A stretch of DNA of 64,000 nt from Candidatus Latescibacterota bacterium (GTDB taxonomy: Bacteria; Latescibacterota; UBA2968), in the NCBI GenBank assembly GCA_965208125.1, contig OZ242320.1:1632001-1696000 (forward strand), in the 5' to 3' direction. Shown here piece after piece: positions 10,392-21,580 of the stretch. A model generated the notes under the pieces. It saw only the letters and a program-made list of their open reading frames with translations. It made no database searches and was not told the DNA's origin. Made by a program: the position numbers and the translations under genes. The first letter of the stretch is position 1, and every line of letters starts with the position of its first letter.

Positions 10392-11119
10392 CGTGTCTGA
10401 AGTGACAGAACAGACCTGCGTGCTCGAAGAACATGCTCAATAATCTCGTCAAGCCCAGACCCGTGTTTCAAACAGGCAAAAAGCGTGGGACCATCGCCGC
10501 GCATCTTCTTTGCGTCTCGCGCCATAACCCCCAGGTCCGCGCCAACGAGACCGGCCAAATCGGTCTTATTAATAACCAGCAAATCCGATTGCGTAATCCC
10601 CGGACCCCCTTTTCGGGGAATCTTGTCCCCAGCAGAGACATCAATCACATAAATCGCGTAATCGACAAGCTCCTTGCTAAAATGCGCCGCCAGATTATCG
10701 CCACCACTCTCCACAAAAAGCAAATCAATATCGCACTCAAAGCGAATCATCAAATCCTCGAGCGCATTCAAATTGAGCGAAATATCCTCGCGAATAGCTG
10801 CATGCGGGCATCCGCCCGTCTCAACGCCAATAATGCGATCGGCCTCAAGCGCCTCGTGACGCAAAAGAAACTCGGCATCCTCGCGCGTAAAAATATCATT
10901 CGTAACCACACCGAGACTAAAGCGATCGCGCAGGGCTTCGCACAACACCCGAACAAGCGCCGTCTTCCCCGTCCCCACCGGACCACCAACCCCCACGGTA
11001 AACGCCCGCTGAGAAAAATCGCGGTCGCAAAGAACCGACTCGCGCAAGGCAAAATCGCCGGGAGATTCAAAAGGCTCGTGAGAATGATCGTGGTCGTGAT
11101 GGTGATGATGATTGTGCAT
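10388..11119 (-). CDS. ureG: Urease accessory GTPase UreG with His-rich N-terminus
   Basis: [26 protein letters not shown]; starts [14 protein letters not shown] at ATG 11119. Confidence 0.97.
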   Translation of the reverse strand: MHNHHHHHDHDHSHEPFESPGDFALRESVLCDRDFSQRAFTVGVGGPVGTGKTALVRVLCEALRDRFSLGVVTNDIFTREDAEFLLRHEALEADRIIGVETGGCPHAAIREDISLNLNALEDLMIRFECDIDLLFVESGGDNLAAHFSKELVDYAIYVIDVSAGDKIPRKGGPGITQSDLLVINKTDLAGLVGADLGVMARDAKKMRGDGPTLFACLKHGSGLDEIIEHVLRARRSVLSLQTR

Positions 11120-11129
11120 AGCAAATCCT

Positions 11130-11804
11130 CTAACTCTGAAACAACCGAGAATACAGATACTCGTGCATACCCTGTGCAATATCCCATTGGGGCGCACAGC
11201 GCGTCGCACGCGTATAATCTGCCTGCGCGACAGAAATCATAGCATTAATCGCCGTCTTGTGATGGCGTTTTTGCAACCGCGCGGCTTCCAGAGGACCAAT
11301 CTGCCCCAGGCGCACAGCCGCACTGATTTGATCGCGCAAAAACTGATACATAAAAATCCGACACGTCTGCCCGCGTTTAAGACCCGCAATCCGAAATGTC
11401 ATACCAAAAACAATCGTATAATGAGCCGGCACAGGTTGCGAAAGTAAGATTTTGTGCAACCGCGCCATCGCATCGGAAAAATACAAATCGCGCATCAAAC
11501 GCAACAAATTGCGACCCTGCACCTCACTGCCGCGAACAATCGCCGGAGCCGTAAGCATCGCATCATAAGTGAGCAGTATATCCGTCAAATTAGCGGGAAT
11601 CAAATCACCCTTAAAACACGCATTGATAAACGGAATCTCACCATTTGCCGTCGCGTGAATCACCGTTTGAAGATACGCATCCAGATCATCGGAAGAACGC
11701 AACAACCCCATCTGTTTGGTGGCCTCCAGTCCATTGGAAAAAGCGTATCCACCCGTAGGAAAATTGCTATCGGCAAGAGTGAGAAGATCGAAGAGCATAA
11801 TCAA
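11130..11804 (-). CDS. ureF: Urease accessory protein UreF
   Basis: [25 protein letters not shown]-terminal RLFQS. Confidence 0.95.
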   Translation of the reverse strand: MIMLFDLLTLADSNFPTGGYAFSNGLEATKQMGLLRSSDDLDAYLQTVIHATANGEIPFINACFKGDLIPANLTDILLTYDAMLTAPAIVRGSEVQGRNLLRLMRDLYFSDAMARLHKILLSQPVPAHYTIVFGMTFRIAGLKRGQTCRIFMYQFLRDQISAAVRLGQIGPLEAARLQKRHHKTAINAMISVAQADYTRATRCAPQWDIAQGMHEYLYSRLFQS

Positions 11805-13504
11805 AACAAATTATAAAGCTGCGCCAGCGGCAGCTTCTCCGCCGCCTCACAGGTAAGCAACTCGCCATCAACCGTAACGCTATAAGTCTCCGGATCAATG
11901 TGAATATCGGGAATAAAATTATTGAGCTTCATATCCTTCTTCCCAATACCCCGACAATTGGACACAGCAACAACGCCTTTGGACAGATCATAAGACCCCA
12001 CCGTATCCAACGAAGCCCGGGAGACAAAAGCGAGAGACGTCGAACCCACGGCATTGCCATAAGCGCCGAACATAGGACGCGGATACACGGGTTGCGGCGT
12101 GGGAATCGAAGCATTAGGATCGCCCATCTGCGAATACGCAATCGCGCCTCCCTTAATCACCATCTCGGGTTTTGCTCCAAAAAATGCGGGCTTCCAGAGC
12201 ACGAGATCTGCGAGTTTATCCACCTCAACCGAACCGATATGATCGCTCAAACCATGAGCCACCGCAGGATTAATCGTATATTTGGCAATATACCGCTTCA
12301 CGCGCCCATTATCATTCCCCCGGTCGCCGTGCAGTGCACCCCGCTGCTCCCGCATCTTATGGGCGGTCTGCCATGTGCGACAAATAACCTCCCCCACGCG
12401 CCCCATCGCCTGACTATCCGATGCAATAATCGACAGCGCCCCCATATCGTGCAAAATATCTTCTGCCGCAATCGTCTCCTGCCGGATACGGCTCTCGGCA
12501 AAAGCCACATCCTCGGGTATATTTTTATCCAGATGATGACACACCATAAGCATATCGAGATGCTCGTCAATCGTATTCGCCGTAAAAGGCCGCGTGGGAT
12601 TGGTAGAAGAAGGCAAAACATTCGCCTCGCCGCAAAGACGCATAATATCCGGCGCGTGTCCCCCACCCGCGCCCTCGGTGTGATACGTGTGAATCGTGCG
12701 CCCCTTAAAAGCCGCACAACTCTGCTCCACAAAACCCGACTCATTGAGCGTATCCGTGTGAATCGCCACCTGAACATCGTATTCATCGGCAACCGAAAGA
12801 CAGGAATCAATAGCAGCAGGCGTCGTACCCCAGTCCTCGTGGAGCTTGAGACCACAAGCCCCACCCTCAATCTGCTCAATAAGCCCTTGCGGAAGCGAAG
12901 AATTGCCCTTGCCCAAAAATCCAAAATTGAGGGGAAAAGCATCACTCGACTCCAGCATCATCCGAATGTGGTGCGCCCCCGGTGTACACGTCGTAGCATT
13001 GGTCCCCGTCGCCGGACCCGTACCGCCACCCAGCATAGTCGTAATACCCGAAGCAATCGCCTCCTCAACTTGCTGAGGACAAATAAAATGGACATGCACA
13101 TCGAGCGCACCAGCCGTGAGCATATGACCTTCGCCCGCGATAACCTCGGTCGTAACCCCCACGATGAGATCGGGATCAACACCCGACATAATATCGGGAT
13201 TACCCGCTTTGCCAATACCGACGATACGCCCGTCTTTAATCCCAACATCCGCTTTGTATATCCCTGTATAATCAATGACAAGCGCATTGGTAATAACGAG
13301 ATCCAGCGCCCTATCCTGCGACACACCCGTAGCCTGACCCATGCCATCGCGCAGCACCTTACCCCCGCCAAACTTGCATTCATCACCGTAAATCGTATAA
13401 TCGTTCTCCACTTCAACGACAAGATGGGTATCGCCCAATTGAACGCGGTCTCTCGTAGTGGGACCGTACATACTGGCATAAGCGGTTCGATCAATCTGAG
13501 ACAT
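11801..13504 (-). CDS. ureC: Urease subunit alpha
   Basis: [43 protein letters not shown]; true start MSQID at 13504. Confidence 0.98.
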   Translation of the reverse strand: MSQIDRTAYASMYGPTTRDRVQLGDTHLVVEVENDYTIYGDECKFGGGKVLRDGMGQATGVSQDRALDLVITNALVIDYTGIYKADVGIKDGRIVGIGKAGNPDIMSGVDPDLIVGVTTEVIAGEGHMLTAGALDVHVHFICPQQVEEAIASGITTMLGGGTGPATGTNATTCTPGAHHIRMMLESSDAFPLNFGFLGKGNSSLPQGLIEQIEGGACGLKLHEDWGTTPAAIDSCLSVADEYDVQVAIHTDTLNESGFVEQSCAAFKGRTIHTYHTEGAGGGHAPDIMRLCGEANVLPSSTNPTRPFTANTIDEHLDMLMVCHHLDKNIPEDVAFAESRIRQETIAAEDILHDMGALSIIASDSQAMGRVGEVICRTWQTAHKMREQRGALHGDRGNDNGRVKRYIAKYTINPAVAHGLSDHIGSVEVDKLADLVLWKPAFFGAKPEMVIKGGAIAYSQMGDPNASIPTPQPVYPRPMFGAYGNAVGSTSLAFVSRASLDTVGSYDLSKGVVAVSNCRGIGKKDMKLNNFIPDIHIDPETYSVTVDGELLTCEAAEKLPLAQLYNLF

Positions 13505-14255
13505 TTGGAATCCTCTTAAATCCACCATTCCCCGCCCTTTGCAAAGCCTCTGCCTTATTCTCATCGAGTTGCCCCGAAATAAGGCCATTCCCCCCATAGA
13601 CCGTGCGGTTGCCGGTAATAGCGACAAGATCAACCGTCCGACTCTCACCCGGTTCAAAACGCACGGCAGTACCAGATGGAATATCGAGACGAAAGCCATA
13701 GGCTTTTTCGCGATCAAACGAAAGCGCGGGATTAACTTCAAAAAATGTATAATGCGACCCCACCTGTATCGGACGGTCGCCGGTATTGGTCACAGAAAGA
13801 GAAATAGTCTCCCGATCCGCATTGAGCGCAATTGGCTCAACCGCCGTAGTCCCGGCACCCGGCATTTCCGAAACCGTATTATCCGGCGACCAGGGCGAGC
13901 GAACGCGCGCGAGCCCCGAACCGTACAACGCGAGATCAGAATCGCCTTCTACACGGCAAATAGGATGGTGAACCGTCACGAGCTTCGTCCCATCGGGAAA
14001 CGTACCCTCCACCTGCACCTCGTGAACCATATCTGGAACACCGGGCAAAACATCTTCCGTACCGAGCAACTGCTTGCCCTTGTCCATAAGCGCGGCAACG
14101 GACTCGCCATCGCGGATAAACTCGAGAAGCTGTGCCGCGATAAGCGACACGGCTTCCGGGTAATTGAGACGCAAGCCCCGGGCATACCGCTTCTGCGCGA
14201 GAAAACCCGCGTTGTGCAGCATCAACTTGTCAATTTCTTTAGGCGATAAATACAT
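13491..14255 (-). CDS. ureAB: Fused urease gamma/beta subunit
   Basis: Gamma motifs LNYPEA and [14 protein letters not shown], then beta motifs [13 protein letters not shown] and [15 protein letters not shown]; start MYLSP at 14255. Confidence 0.96.
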   Translation of the reverse strand: MYLSPKEIDKLMLHNAGFLAQKRYARGLRLNYPEAVSLIAAQLLEFIRDGESVAALMDKGKQLLGTEDVLPGVPDMVHEVQVEGTFPDGTKLVTVHHPICRVEGDSDLALYGSGLARVRSPWSPDNTVSEMPGAGTTAVEPIALNADRETISLSVTNTGDRPIQVGSHYTFFEVNPALSFDREKAYGFRLDIPSGTAVRFEPGESRTVDLVAITGNRTVYGGNGLISGQLDENKAEALQRAGNGGFKRIPNVSD

Positions 14256-14268
14256 GGAAAATCCCTGC

Positions 14269-15000
14269 TCAAAACGTAAGATACTGCTTAATACTCTCAT
14301 CCGACAATTCATCCGCAGAACCGCACAACGCAACCGTTCCGCGATCCATCAAATAAAAATAATCGGCAATCTGTCGGGCAAAATCAAAGTACTGCTCCAC
14401 CAGAATAATAGTGAGATTCCCTTTGTCCTTCAGATGGATCAACACATTCTCTATATCGAGAATAATCGAAGGCTGAATACCTTCTGTAGGCTCGTCCAGA
14501 ATGAGAATATCTGGATCGCCAACAAGCGCACGGGCAATGGCGAGTTGCTGTTGCTGTCCGCCACTGAGATTACCACCCATACGATCTTGCATATCGGCCA
14601 ACACGGGAAAAAGATCGTAAATCAGATCCTCCGGCAGAGATGCAAGACCATCTGTGCGCGCCTCCAAACCAATCTGTAAATTCTCATTCACCGTGAGCCT
14701 GGGGAAAATCTCGCGCCCTTGCGGCACATAACTCAAACCCGCGCGCGCCCGCAAATCCGGAGCCTGCCCCGTTATATTCTCGCCATTCAACAGAATATTT
14801 CCTCGGCGAGGACGCAACAGACCCATGATCGTCTTAATAAGCGTCGTCTTCCCAACCCCATTGCGCCCCATAACCGCCACAATCGCCCCTCTGGGAATAT
14901 CCATATCAATATCGCGCAAGATCTGGCTCTCGCCGTAATAAACATCCAGACCTCGAACGGTAAGCGCGGTATCTGTGGTCGTCATTAAAAAACTATCCAT
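14269..15000 (-). CDS. urtE: Urea ABC transporter ATP-binding protein
   Basis: [35 protein letters not shown]. Confidence 0.95.
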   Translation of the reverse strand: MDSFLMTTTDTALTVRGLDVYYGESQILRDIDMDIPRGAIVAVMGRNGVGKTTLIKTIMGLLRPRRGNILLNGENITGQAPDLRARAGLSYVPQGREIFPRLTVNENLQIGLEARTDGLASLPEDLIYDLFPVLADMQDRMGGNLSGGQQQQLAIARALVGDPDILILDEPTEGIQPSIILDIENVLIHLKDKGNLTIILVEQYFDFARQIADYFYLMDRGTVALCGSADELSDESIKQYLTF

Positions 15001-15753
15001 TCAATGTTGCGCACTACCCAAATAACACTCAATAACCCGGGGATCATTTTGCACCTGATCCATCGGTCCTTCAACAAGCACCTTGCCCTCGTGGAGAACC
15101 GTAACAGTGCGGGCGATCTGTCTCACAAACTCCATATCGTGCTCAATAACAATAATCGCGTGATTCATCGTCAGACGTTCGAGAAGTTCTCCCGTCTTAA
15201 CCGTCTCTTCATCCGTCATACCAGCGGCGGGTTCATCAATTAAAAAAAGCTCAGGATCTTGCAAAATAACCATCGCAATCTCCAGCCACTGTTTTTGCCC
15301 GTGCGAAAGCGCATCGGCAACCGTATGCAGATGATCAGCCAAACCCGTCTGTTCTGCAACAGCCTGGATGCGATCGCGATTCTTATCCGACAGACGCGAA
15401 ACAAGCGAAAAGAGAACCGTGCGGTCAGTCTTGAGCGCCAGCATCAAATTCTCGTACACCGTAAGAGAAGTAAAAACAGACGGCGTTTGAAACTTCCGCC
15501 CAACACCCGCCTTGACAATCGCATCTTCGCTCATCTGGGTGAGATCGAACTTTTCAAAACGCGCACTGCCGCGATCGGGTTTGGTCTTGCCACATAAAAC
15601 ATCGAGAAAAGTCGTCTTACCCGCACCATTTGGACCAATAACAACGCGCAATTCGCGGTCGTGCAGGACAAACTCATCTATATCGAGCGCGACAAATCCA
15701 TCAAAGGACACACGCAAATTTTCAACAGTCAGCAGAACCGGATCAAAAATCAT
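15001..15753 (-). CDS. urtD: Urea ABC transporter ATP-binding protein
   Basis: GPNGAGKT, GRKFQTP, LSHGQKQWLEI. Confidence 0.95.
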   Translation of the reverse strand: MIFDPVLLTVENLRVSFDGFVALDIDEFVLHDRELRVVIGPNGAGKTTFLDVLCGKTKPDRGSARFEKFDLTQMSEDAIVKAGVGRKFQTPSVFTSLTVYENLMLALKTDRTVLFSLVSRLSDKNRDRIQAVAEQTGLADHLHTVADALSHGQKQWLEIAMVILQDPELFLIDEPAAGMTDEETVKTGELLERLTMNHAIIVIEHDMEFVRQIARTVTVLHEGKVLVEGPMDQVQNDPRVIECYLGSAQH

Positions 15754-15754
15754 A

Positions 15755-16849
15755 TCAATCCTGGCTTTCAGCAGGTACAGGTGCTGGGATGCGTGTGGGC
15801 AAGAATCGCTTCAAACTACTTATCTTTATCTTAGACCGCAGACCAATAAGACCATCGGGGAAAAAGAGCACAACACCGATAAAGAGAAAGCCCAAGAAAT
15901 AGAGCCATGTACCGGGGAACGCGCCCGTCAAAAAACTATAGAGAAGATTTACAAGAACCGCACCGATAATAGGACCGATCAGAGTCCCTCGCCCGCCAAC
16001 AGCAACCCATATCACCATCTCAATAGAAGCCTGCACATCCATCCGCCCCGGTGTAATAATTCCGGTCTGAGGCACATAGAGCAACCCGCCCAGAGCACCG
16101 AGCATACTGGCCATCACAAAAACAAATACCTTGTAGCTCATAACGCGATAGCCGATAAAACGCAGCCGATGTTCACTATCGCGAACCGCAATAAGCACGC
16201 GCCCAAGCTTGGATTTCACCACAAAACGGCACAAAAAATAGGAAACAAAAAGCGTGACAAAAGCAATAATATAAAGACCGCGTTTGCTCGCCGGATCGGC
16301 CAATTCAAAACCGAGCAACGTCTTAAAATCCGTCAGACCATTGGTACCGCCAAGCATGGTTTCATTTCGCAAAAAAATGAGCCAGACGCCCAGGGCAAGA
16401 GCCTGCGTAATAATGGCAAAATAAACCCCCTGGAGCCGGCTGCGAAAAGCCAGAAACCCAAAAATAAGCGCAATAACCGCCGGAATCATAAGCGATAGGA
16501 TAAACGCAAATGTAAAAGTGTGAAAAGGCTCCCAAAAAAGCGGCAATTGCTCCACGCGATTCCACACCATAAAATCCGGCAACGCACTCCCATAAACCCC
16601 TTGCGTCCCCGTCTTGAGCAGCATATGCATGCCAATCGCATACCCGCCCAGACAAAAAAAGAACGCCTGACACAGCGACAGAATACCCGTATATCCCCAG
16701 ATCAGATCAATCCCCAGTGCGGCAATCGCAAAACAAAAATAACGACCCCAGAGATTCAATGTCGTATCAGAAAGCAACCCCATATCATTGAGCACAGGCG
16801 CGGCAATGCCAAAGAGAAGGAATACGATAATGGGACGGTAATAAGTCAT
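15755..16849 (-). CDS. urtC: Urea ABC transporter permease
   Basis: WGYTGILSL, LPDFM.W, GVYFAIITQA, WVAVGGRGTL. Confidence 0.95.
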   Translation of the reverse strand: MTYYRPIIVFLLFGIAAPVLNDMGLLSDTTLNLWGRYFCFAIAALGIDLIWGYTGILSLCQAFFFCLGGYAIGMHMLLKTGTQGVYGSALPDFMVWNRVEQLPLFWEPFHTFTFAFILSLMIPAVIALIFGFLAFRSRLQGVYFAIITQALALGVWLIFLRNETMLGGTNGLTDFKTLLGFELADPASKRGLYIIAFVTLFVSYFLCRFVVKSKLGRVLIAVRDSEHRLRFIGYRVMSYKVFVFVMASMLGALGGLLYVPQTGIITPGRMDVQASIEMVIWVAVGGRGTLIGPIIGAVLVNLLYSFLTGAFPGTWLYFLGFLFIGVVLFFPDGLIGLRSKIKISSLKRFLPTRIPAPVPAESQD

Positions 16850-16861
16850 AAAATTGCTCGT

Positions 16862-18535
16862 CTATTCATCTCTCCCCCTCGCGGGAAAGATACCCGTGGG
16901 ACGCAATTGCAAAAAAAGAATAATAAGCCCCAAAATGAGAACCTTGGCATAAACGGCTTCGGCGAAGGGTTCGATAACCTTATTGGACATGCCAATGCCG
17001 AGACCCGCCACAATAGTCCCCAAAATTTTTCCAACACCGCCAACGACAACCACGAGAAAAGCATCGACAATATACGTCTGCCCCATATTCGGTACGACAT
17101 TGCCGATAAGCGTCATAGCCCACCCTGCGATACCCGCAATACCCGTACCGAGAAAAAACGCAATCGCATCAACGCGACGGGTGGGAATACCCATACAAGC
17201 ACTCATCTCGCGATTTTGTGTAACCGCGCGCAACCGGAGACCAAACCGGGTCTTAAAGAAAAACGCGACCAGACCAATCAGAATAACAGCCGTGAGACCA
17301 ATAATAAAAATCCGGTTATACGGCAACATAACCTGCGGTGCCAATTCAAAACCACCACTGAGAATCTGGGGCAGCTTGACAGCCGTGAGATCGCCAAAAA
17401 TCGTACGCGCCAGTTGCACCAGAATAAGACCAATCCCCCACGTAGCCAGCAAACTCTCGAGCGGACGATTGTAAAGACGGCGAATGACCAGAGACTCCAC
17501 CAGCAAACCCATACTGCCAGCCGCGAGAAATGCAACCGGCAAAGACAGCAGAAAAAACAGATCGATATAGGCAGAGGGCAGGACAATCATGCAAATATTC
17601 TGAACAATAAACGTAAAATAAGCCCCAACCATCATAAACTCGCCGTGCGCCATATTGATAATACCGATCTGCCCGTAAATAACCGCCAGACCAAGCGCAA
17701 TCAGAATGAGAATAGACCCCAGGCTGAGACCGACAAAAGCCGTCTGGATCACCATCATAATCTGGCTAAACGTTTCCAAACCCTGAATCGCATCGCGTAT
17801 CTCGTTCTGAACCGCGGGATCTGACTCCGCAATATTGCCACTGGCATCGGGTTCAACACGCGCGCGCAAAAAAGAAAGAACAAATGTATTGTTGAGTTCG
17901 CCCAGCGTTTTGGCCGCATTGAGACGAATCCCGGCGTCGGGATGTGTGAGTTCGAGTTTGCCCAGAGCAACGCGGATCAGACTTTGGATACTACTATCCG
18001 TTTCTTTCTCCAGAGCATCTCGCAACACGGGGATCGCGCCCAAATCGCCGCGATTGCCCAGCGTTTCTACAGCAACGCGGCGTTTGCTGGGATCCGGATG
18101 AAAAATCTCCATCTGCGTGAGATAGGGCTGAATAAACGCGCGGATGCGACGGTTGCTATCAATCTCTTCCAGATCGATCAGCGGCGCGATAAGGGGCTTG
18201 CCCTCATCGTTCAGAATGGGATGGCGTTTGGGATATGCGGTGTAGAGCGGAGCCAGAGTATCGCCATAATCGTCTTCTTGCATGTCGCCGATAATGACGA
18301 GCTCATCATTCCTCAGATAGAGTTCACCATTGAAAAGCGCAACCATCAGGGCGTAATAATTGACATCTTTTGCATCGGAAATAGCCCTGACCGCCGTTGT
18401 AATACTATCGCGGTTATTGCTAACAATGCGCCCGAGTTGCAACTGGTGATCCATCTGTGCATGGACGGAAGATGCGCCCAAAAGGAGAGCCAGCGCACAG
18501 ATAGAGCGCAAAAAATTGTGGCGTTTTATTTTCAT
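16862..18535 (-). CDS. urtB: Urea ABC transporter permease, long form with periplasmic HEAT-like N-terminal domain
   Basis: Signal peptide, helical repeats, INMAHGEF, RPLESLLATWG. Confidence 0.93.
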   Translation of the reverse strand: MKIKRHNFLRSICALALLLGASSVHAQMDHQLQLGRIVSNNRDSITTAVRAISDAKDVNYYALMVALFNGELYLRNDELVIIGDMQEDDYGDTLAPLYTAYPKRHPILNDEGKPLIAPLIDLEEIDSNRRIRAFIQPYLTQMEIFHPDPSKRRVAVETLGNRGDLGAIPVLRDALEKETDSSIQSLIRVALGKLELTHPDAGIRLNAAKTLGELNNTFVLSFLRARVEPDASGNIAESDPAVQNEIRDAIQGLETFSQIMMVIQTAFVGLSLGSILILIALGLAVIYGQIGIINMAHGEFMMVGAYFTFIVQNICMIVLPSAYIDLFFLLSLPVAFLAAGSMGLLVESLVIRRLYNRPLESLLATWGIGLILVQLARTIFGDLTAVKLPQILSGGFELAPQVMLPYNRIFIIGLTAVILIGLVAFFFKTRFGLRLRAVTQNREMSACMGIPTRRVDAIAFFLGTGIAGIAGWAMTLIGNVVPNMGQTYIVDAFLVVVVGGVGKILGTIVAGLGIGMSNKVIEPFAEAVYAKVLILGLIILFLQLRPTGIFPARGRDE

Positions 18536-18629
18536 GCGTTTAAGTCAACACCTCCACAGCGAGAGACACCGCTCGCCTGGGAGAGACCAGAGGAAGCGGC
18601 ATCCCTCTTTTGCGGGGGACTTTTTCAAG

Positions 18630-19529
18630 TTAAAACGTAAAAATAGATTCAAAAGCAAACAGGGTTACTTCCGAATCAATATCGCGGCGCAATTCGGCCA
18701 ACACACCCCAGTTATCTGTAATCGCGTAGCTGGGACTAAAAGTAATCTCCGTAAACTTTCCATCGGCATCTGTATCCAGACCGCTATAGCGCACCGTGGC
18801 ACCGACCTTGTCGGACAAAGCCATATTGCCCATTAAAATCCAGCCATAGCCACTATTGCCACTTTCCCCCCAGTTCGCCAGATAGTTGTATTCCGCAGCC
18901 AGTGTCACAGGACCCGTGGCATACATCCCCCAGGCATTGAGAAGCGACTGTTCAAAACCACCCATGTCTTCCCAGAGGTACGCGACCTTGGCCGTAAATG
19001 CTTCAGCAGGGGTAAAAGCAACCTGTGCTTCAAAACCCAGGTCGTCAAAACTGGTATCGGATCCATCCCACACGCTGGAGACAACAGAGCCAAAGAATCC
19101 AACTTTGCCATTGCCAAACCCCACAGCGGCACCGTTTTGATAACCACCATAAACAAGCGTGGCAGAATAAGAATATTGATACAAGCCCGTGGGTTCTGCG
19201 GTCTCCCAACCCGAACAACTCAAAAACTTACCCCCCGTAATACTAAATCCATTCGATGCTTTGTAAGTCACAAAAGCCTGTTCGAGATCTACAGAGCCAC
19301 CACTGAGACTATTGATATCGGCCTGGGCTGACAGCCCGTGGCCATAACTGTAGAGCAAATCAACTTCAAACTGATCAAAGGACAGATTATTGGATTTGGA
19401 TTCCGTGTCATACGTTGACGACATATCGAAAAATCCCGTGACCGTGAAATTATCTGTAATTTTGATCTGAGCAAACGACGAAGTGGCCGAAAAAACCACA
19501 AACGCGAGAAGCAGCAACAGTTTTTTCAT
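18630..19529 (-). CDS. Outer-membrane beta-barrel/porin
   Basis: Signal peptide, EQAFVTY..GKF motif, alternating beta-strand pattern, C-terminal Phe. Confidence 0.8.
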   Translation of the reverse strand: MKKLLLLLAFVVFSATSSFAQIKITDNFTVTGFFDMSSTYDTESKSNNLSFDQFEVDLLYSYGHGLSAQADINSLSGGSVDLEQAFVTYKASNGFSITGGKFLSCSGWETAEPTGLYQYSYSATLVYGGYQNGAAVGFGNGKVGFFGSVVSSVWDGSDTSFDDLGFEAQVAFTPAEAFTAKVAYLWEDMGGFEQSLLNAWGMYATGPVTLAAEYNYLANWGESGNSGYGWILMGNMALSDKVGATVRYSGLDTDADGKFTEITFSPSYAITDNWGVLAELRRDIDSEVTLFAFESIFTF

Positions 19530-19571
19530 TTTTTTCTCCTTTTATGGGCGGAACAATCGAATTGCTATTCA

Positions 19572-20837
19572 CTACTGTTTGAGAGTATAGGTTCCCATGT
19601 ACTTGACATGATCGCAATCTTTGTCCGCACTCGTGATATCGTCCCAGGGATCGGGAGCGACGAGGCCATCGGTCTCATATACAATTTTAAATTGACCGTT
19701 CTTGCGGATCTCGCCAATCAGCACGGGTTTGTGCAAATGGTGATTCACCGGATCCATCATCACCGTACCCCCCGGACCGTCAAATTTGAGACCGTAGAGC
19801 GCGGGACGCACGGCATCAACATCAAAAGAACCGGCTTTCTCCACTGCGGCCTTCCAGAGATAAACACCCACATAAGACCACACAATGGGATCATCGGTAA
19901 CCCGCTTCGCACCACCAGGCAACCCATTTGCCGCACAATAATCCTTAAACTTTTTCACAAACGCGCGATTTTCTGCAACGGGAATGGACTGGAAATAATT
20001 CCAGGCAGCCAGATGACCAACCAGAAACTCCGTATCCATCGAACGCAACTCATCTTCAGCAACAGAAAACGCCATAATCGGGCACATCGCCGATGTGAGA
20101 CCCTGATTGGCAAATTCCTTATAAAACGGAACATTGGAATCGCCATTAATAGTAGATAAAACAGCCGCATCGCCATTGGCGGCAAAGCGCTTGATCTTCT
20201 GAACTATGGTCTGATAGTCCTGGTGGTGAAAAGGCGTATATTCTTCAATAATATTTTCTTCAGGCACACCCTTGTGCAGCAAGAAAGCGCGAAGAATCTT
20301 ATTCGCGGTACGCGGGAAAACATAGTCCGTACCCAGCAGATAAAACTTCTTATAACTACCCCCTTCTTCACTCATCAGATATTCGGCAGCGGGAATCAAC
20401 TGCTGGTTGGGCGTAGCACCGGTATAAATAATATTCCGAGAACACTCCTCCCCTTCGTATTGAACCGGATAAAAGAGCAAACCATTACTCTCTTCAAAAA
20501 CCGGCAAAACAGACTTGCGCGAAACCGAAGTCCAGCAACCAAAAGTCACAGCTACCTTCTCTTCCCGAAGCAGCATTTTGGCTTTCTCGGCAAACAAATC
20601 CCAATCCGATGCCGGGTCAACAACCACGGGTTCAATCTTCTTTCCCAGCACACCGCCATTGGCATTGATCTCTCCAACAGCCATAAGCACGACATCGCGC
20701 AGTGAAACCTCAGAGATAGCCATGGTCCCGCTCAGAGAGTGCAACACGCCGAGCTTAACCTTCTCCTCTGCCTGAACAGAAAGACCTGTAGTGCATAACA
20801 GTGCAGCGGCAAACAAAATATTCAAAAACTTTTTCAT
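19572..20837 (-). CDS. urtA: Urea ABC transporter substrate-binding protein
   Basis: LHSLSGTMAISE, FGCWTSVSRK, YPVQYEGEE; start MKKFL at 20837 with GGAGG RBS. Confidence 0.97.
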   Translation of the reverse strand: MKKFLNILFAAALLCTTGLSVQAEEKVKLGVLHSLSGTMAISEVSLRDVVLMAVGEINANGGVLGKKIEPVVVDPASDWDLFAEKAKMLLREEKVAVTFGCWTSVSRKSVLPVFEESNGLLFYPVQYEGEECSRNIIYTGATPNQQLIPAAEYLMSEEGGSYKKFYLLGTDYVFPRTANKILRAFLLHKGVPEENIIEEYTPFHHQDYQTIVQKIKRFAANGDAAVLSTINGDSNVPFYKEFANQGLTSAMCPIMAFSVAEDELRSMDTEFLVGHLAAWNYFQSIPVAENRAFVKKFKDYCAANGLPGGAKRVTDDPIVWSYVGVYLWKAAVEKAGSFDVDAVRPALYGLKFDGPGGTVMMDPVNHHLHKPVLIGEIRKNGQFKIVYETDGLVAPDPWDDITSADKDCDHVKYMGTYTLKQ

Positions 20838-21162
20838 ACGTGTGATACCTCCATCCAATGTGGTTTGTGATACATCGAAAAAACAAAATCTTTTTAACAA
20901 ATGGGTTAGCCAGAGAAAAGCCTCCTTTCAACAAAGCGATACCCGATGTGGTCATTGTGACGGGCAAAAAATTACAGTCAGATTATTTCAGAAAGATTAA
21001 ACAGAGATAAACTCGATATTTCTTTATTTTTTTATTTGGAACTGAAATTTTAAGACAGCACCTTATTTTCAACGTGGATTTTCTGCTGTATTTCGAATAT
21101 CTTAAACATGGCCGTTGACAACCGCGCTTCTTTATCTATACCATTAAATCAATGAGGCTTGC

Positions 21163-21567
21163 ATGACAATCCCAGAACGAATTGATGAATTTCTCAAAGG
21201 AAAAGCATTCGGCGTTGTAGGCGCATCGCGAGACCGGACAAAATACGGCAACAAGATCTTGCGGTGCTATCTACAGAACGGATTGACCGCTTATCCCATC
21301 AATCCCAAAGAGACAGAAATTGAGGGACAACCCTGTTTTCCCGATATAGATTCACTCCCCGAACCCGTTCACGGCATCTCAATAATCACGCCGCCGCCCG
21401 TGACAGAAACCATAATCCCCCAAGCTCACGAAGCGGGCATTCAACACGTATGGATGCAACCCGGTGCTGAGAGCACAAACGCAATTTCAATGGGAGAAGA
21501 ATTGGGACTTTCGGTCATCGGCGACGGGTCGTGTCTGCTCGTCCTATTGGGCTATCGAGAAGAATAA
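21163..21567 (+). CDS. CoA-binding protein (YccU-like)
   Basis: VVGAS, YPINP, VWMQPGAE. Confidence 0.9.
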   Translation: MTIPERIDEFLKGKAFGVVGASRDRTKYGNKILRCYLQNGLTAYPINPKETEIEGQPCFPDIDSLPEPVHGISIITPPPVTETIIPQAHEAGIQHVWMQPGAESTNAISMGEELGLSVIGDGSCLLVLLGYREE

Positions 21568-21580
21568 ACAGGAGACAAAA

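Noticed and set aside
20838-21162. Riboswitch or ANTAR element upstream of urtA
   Set aside because: Only weak hairpins; no motif I can support.
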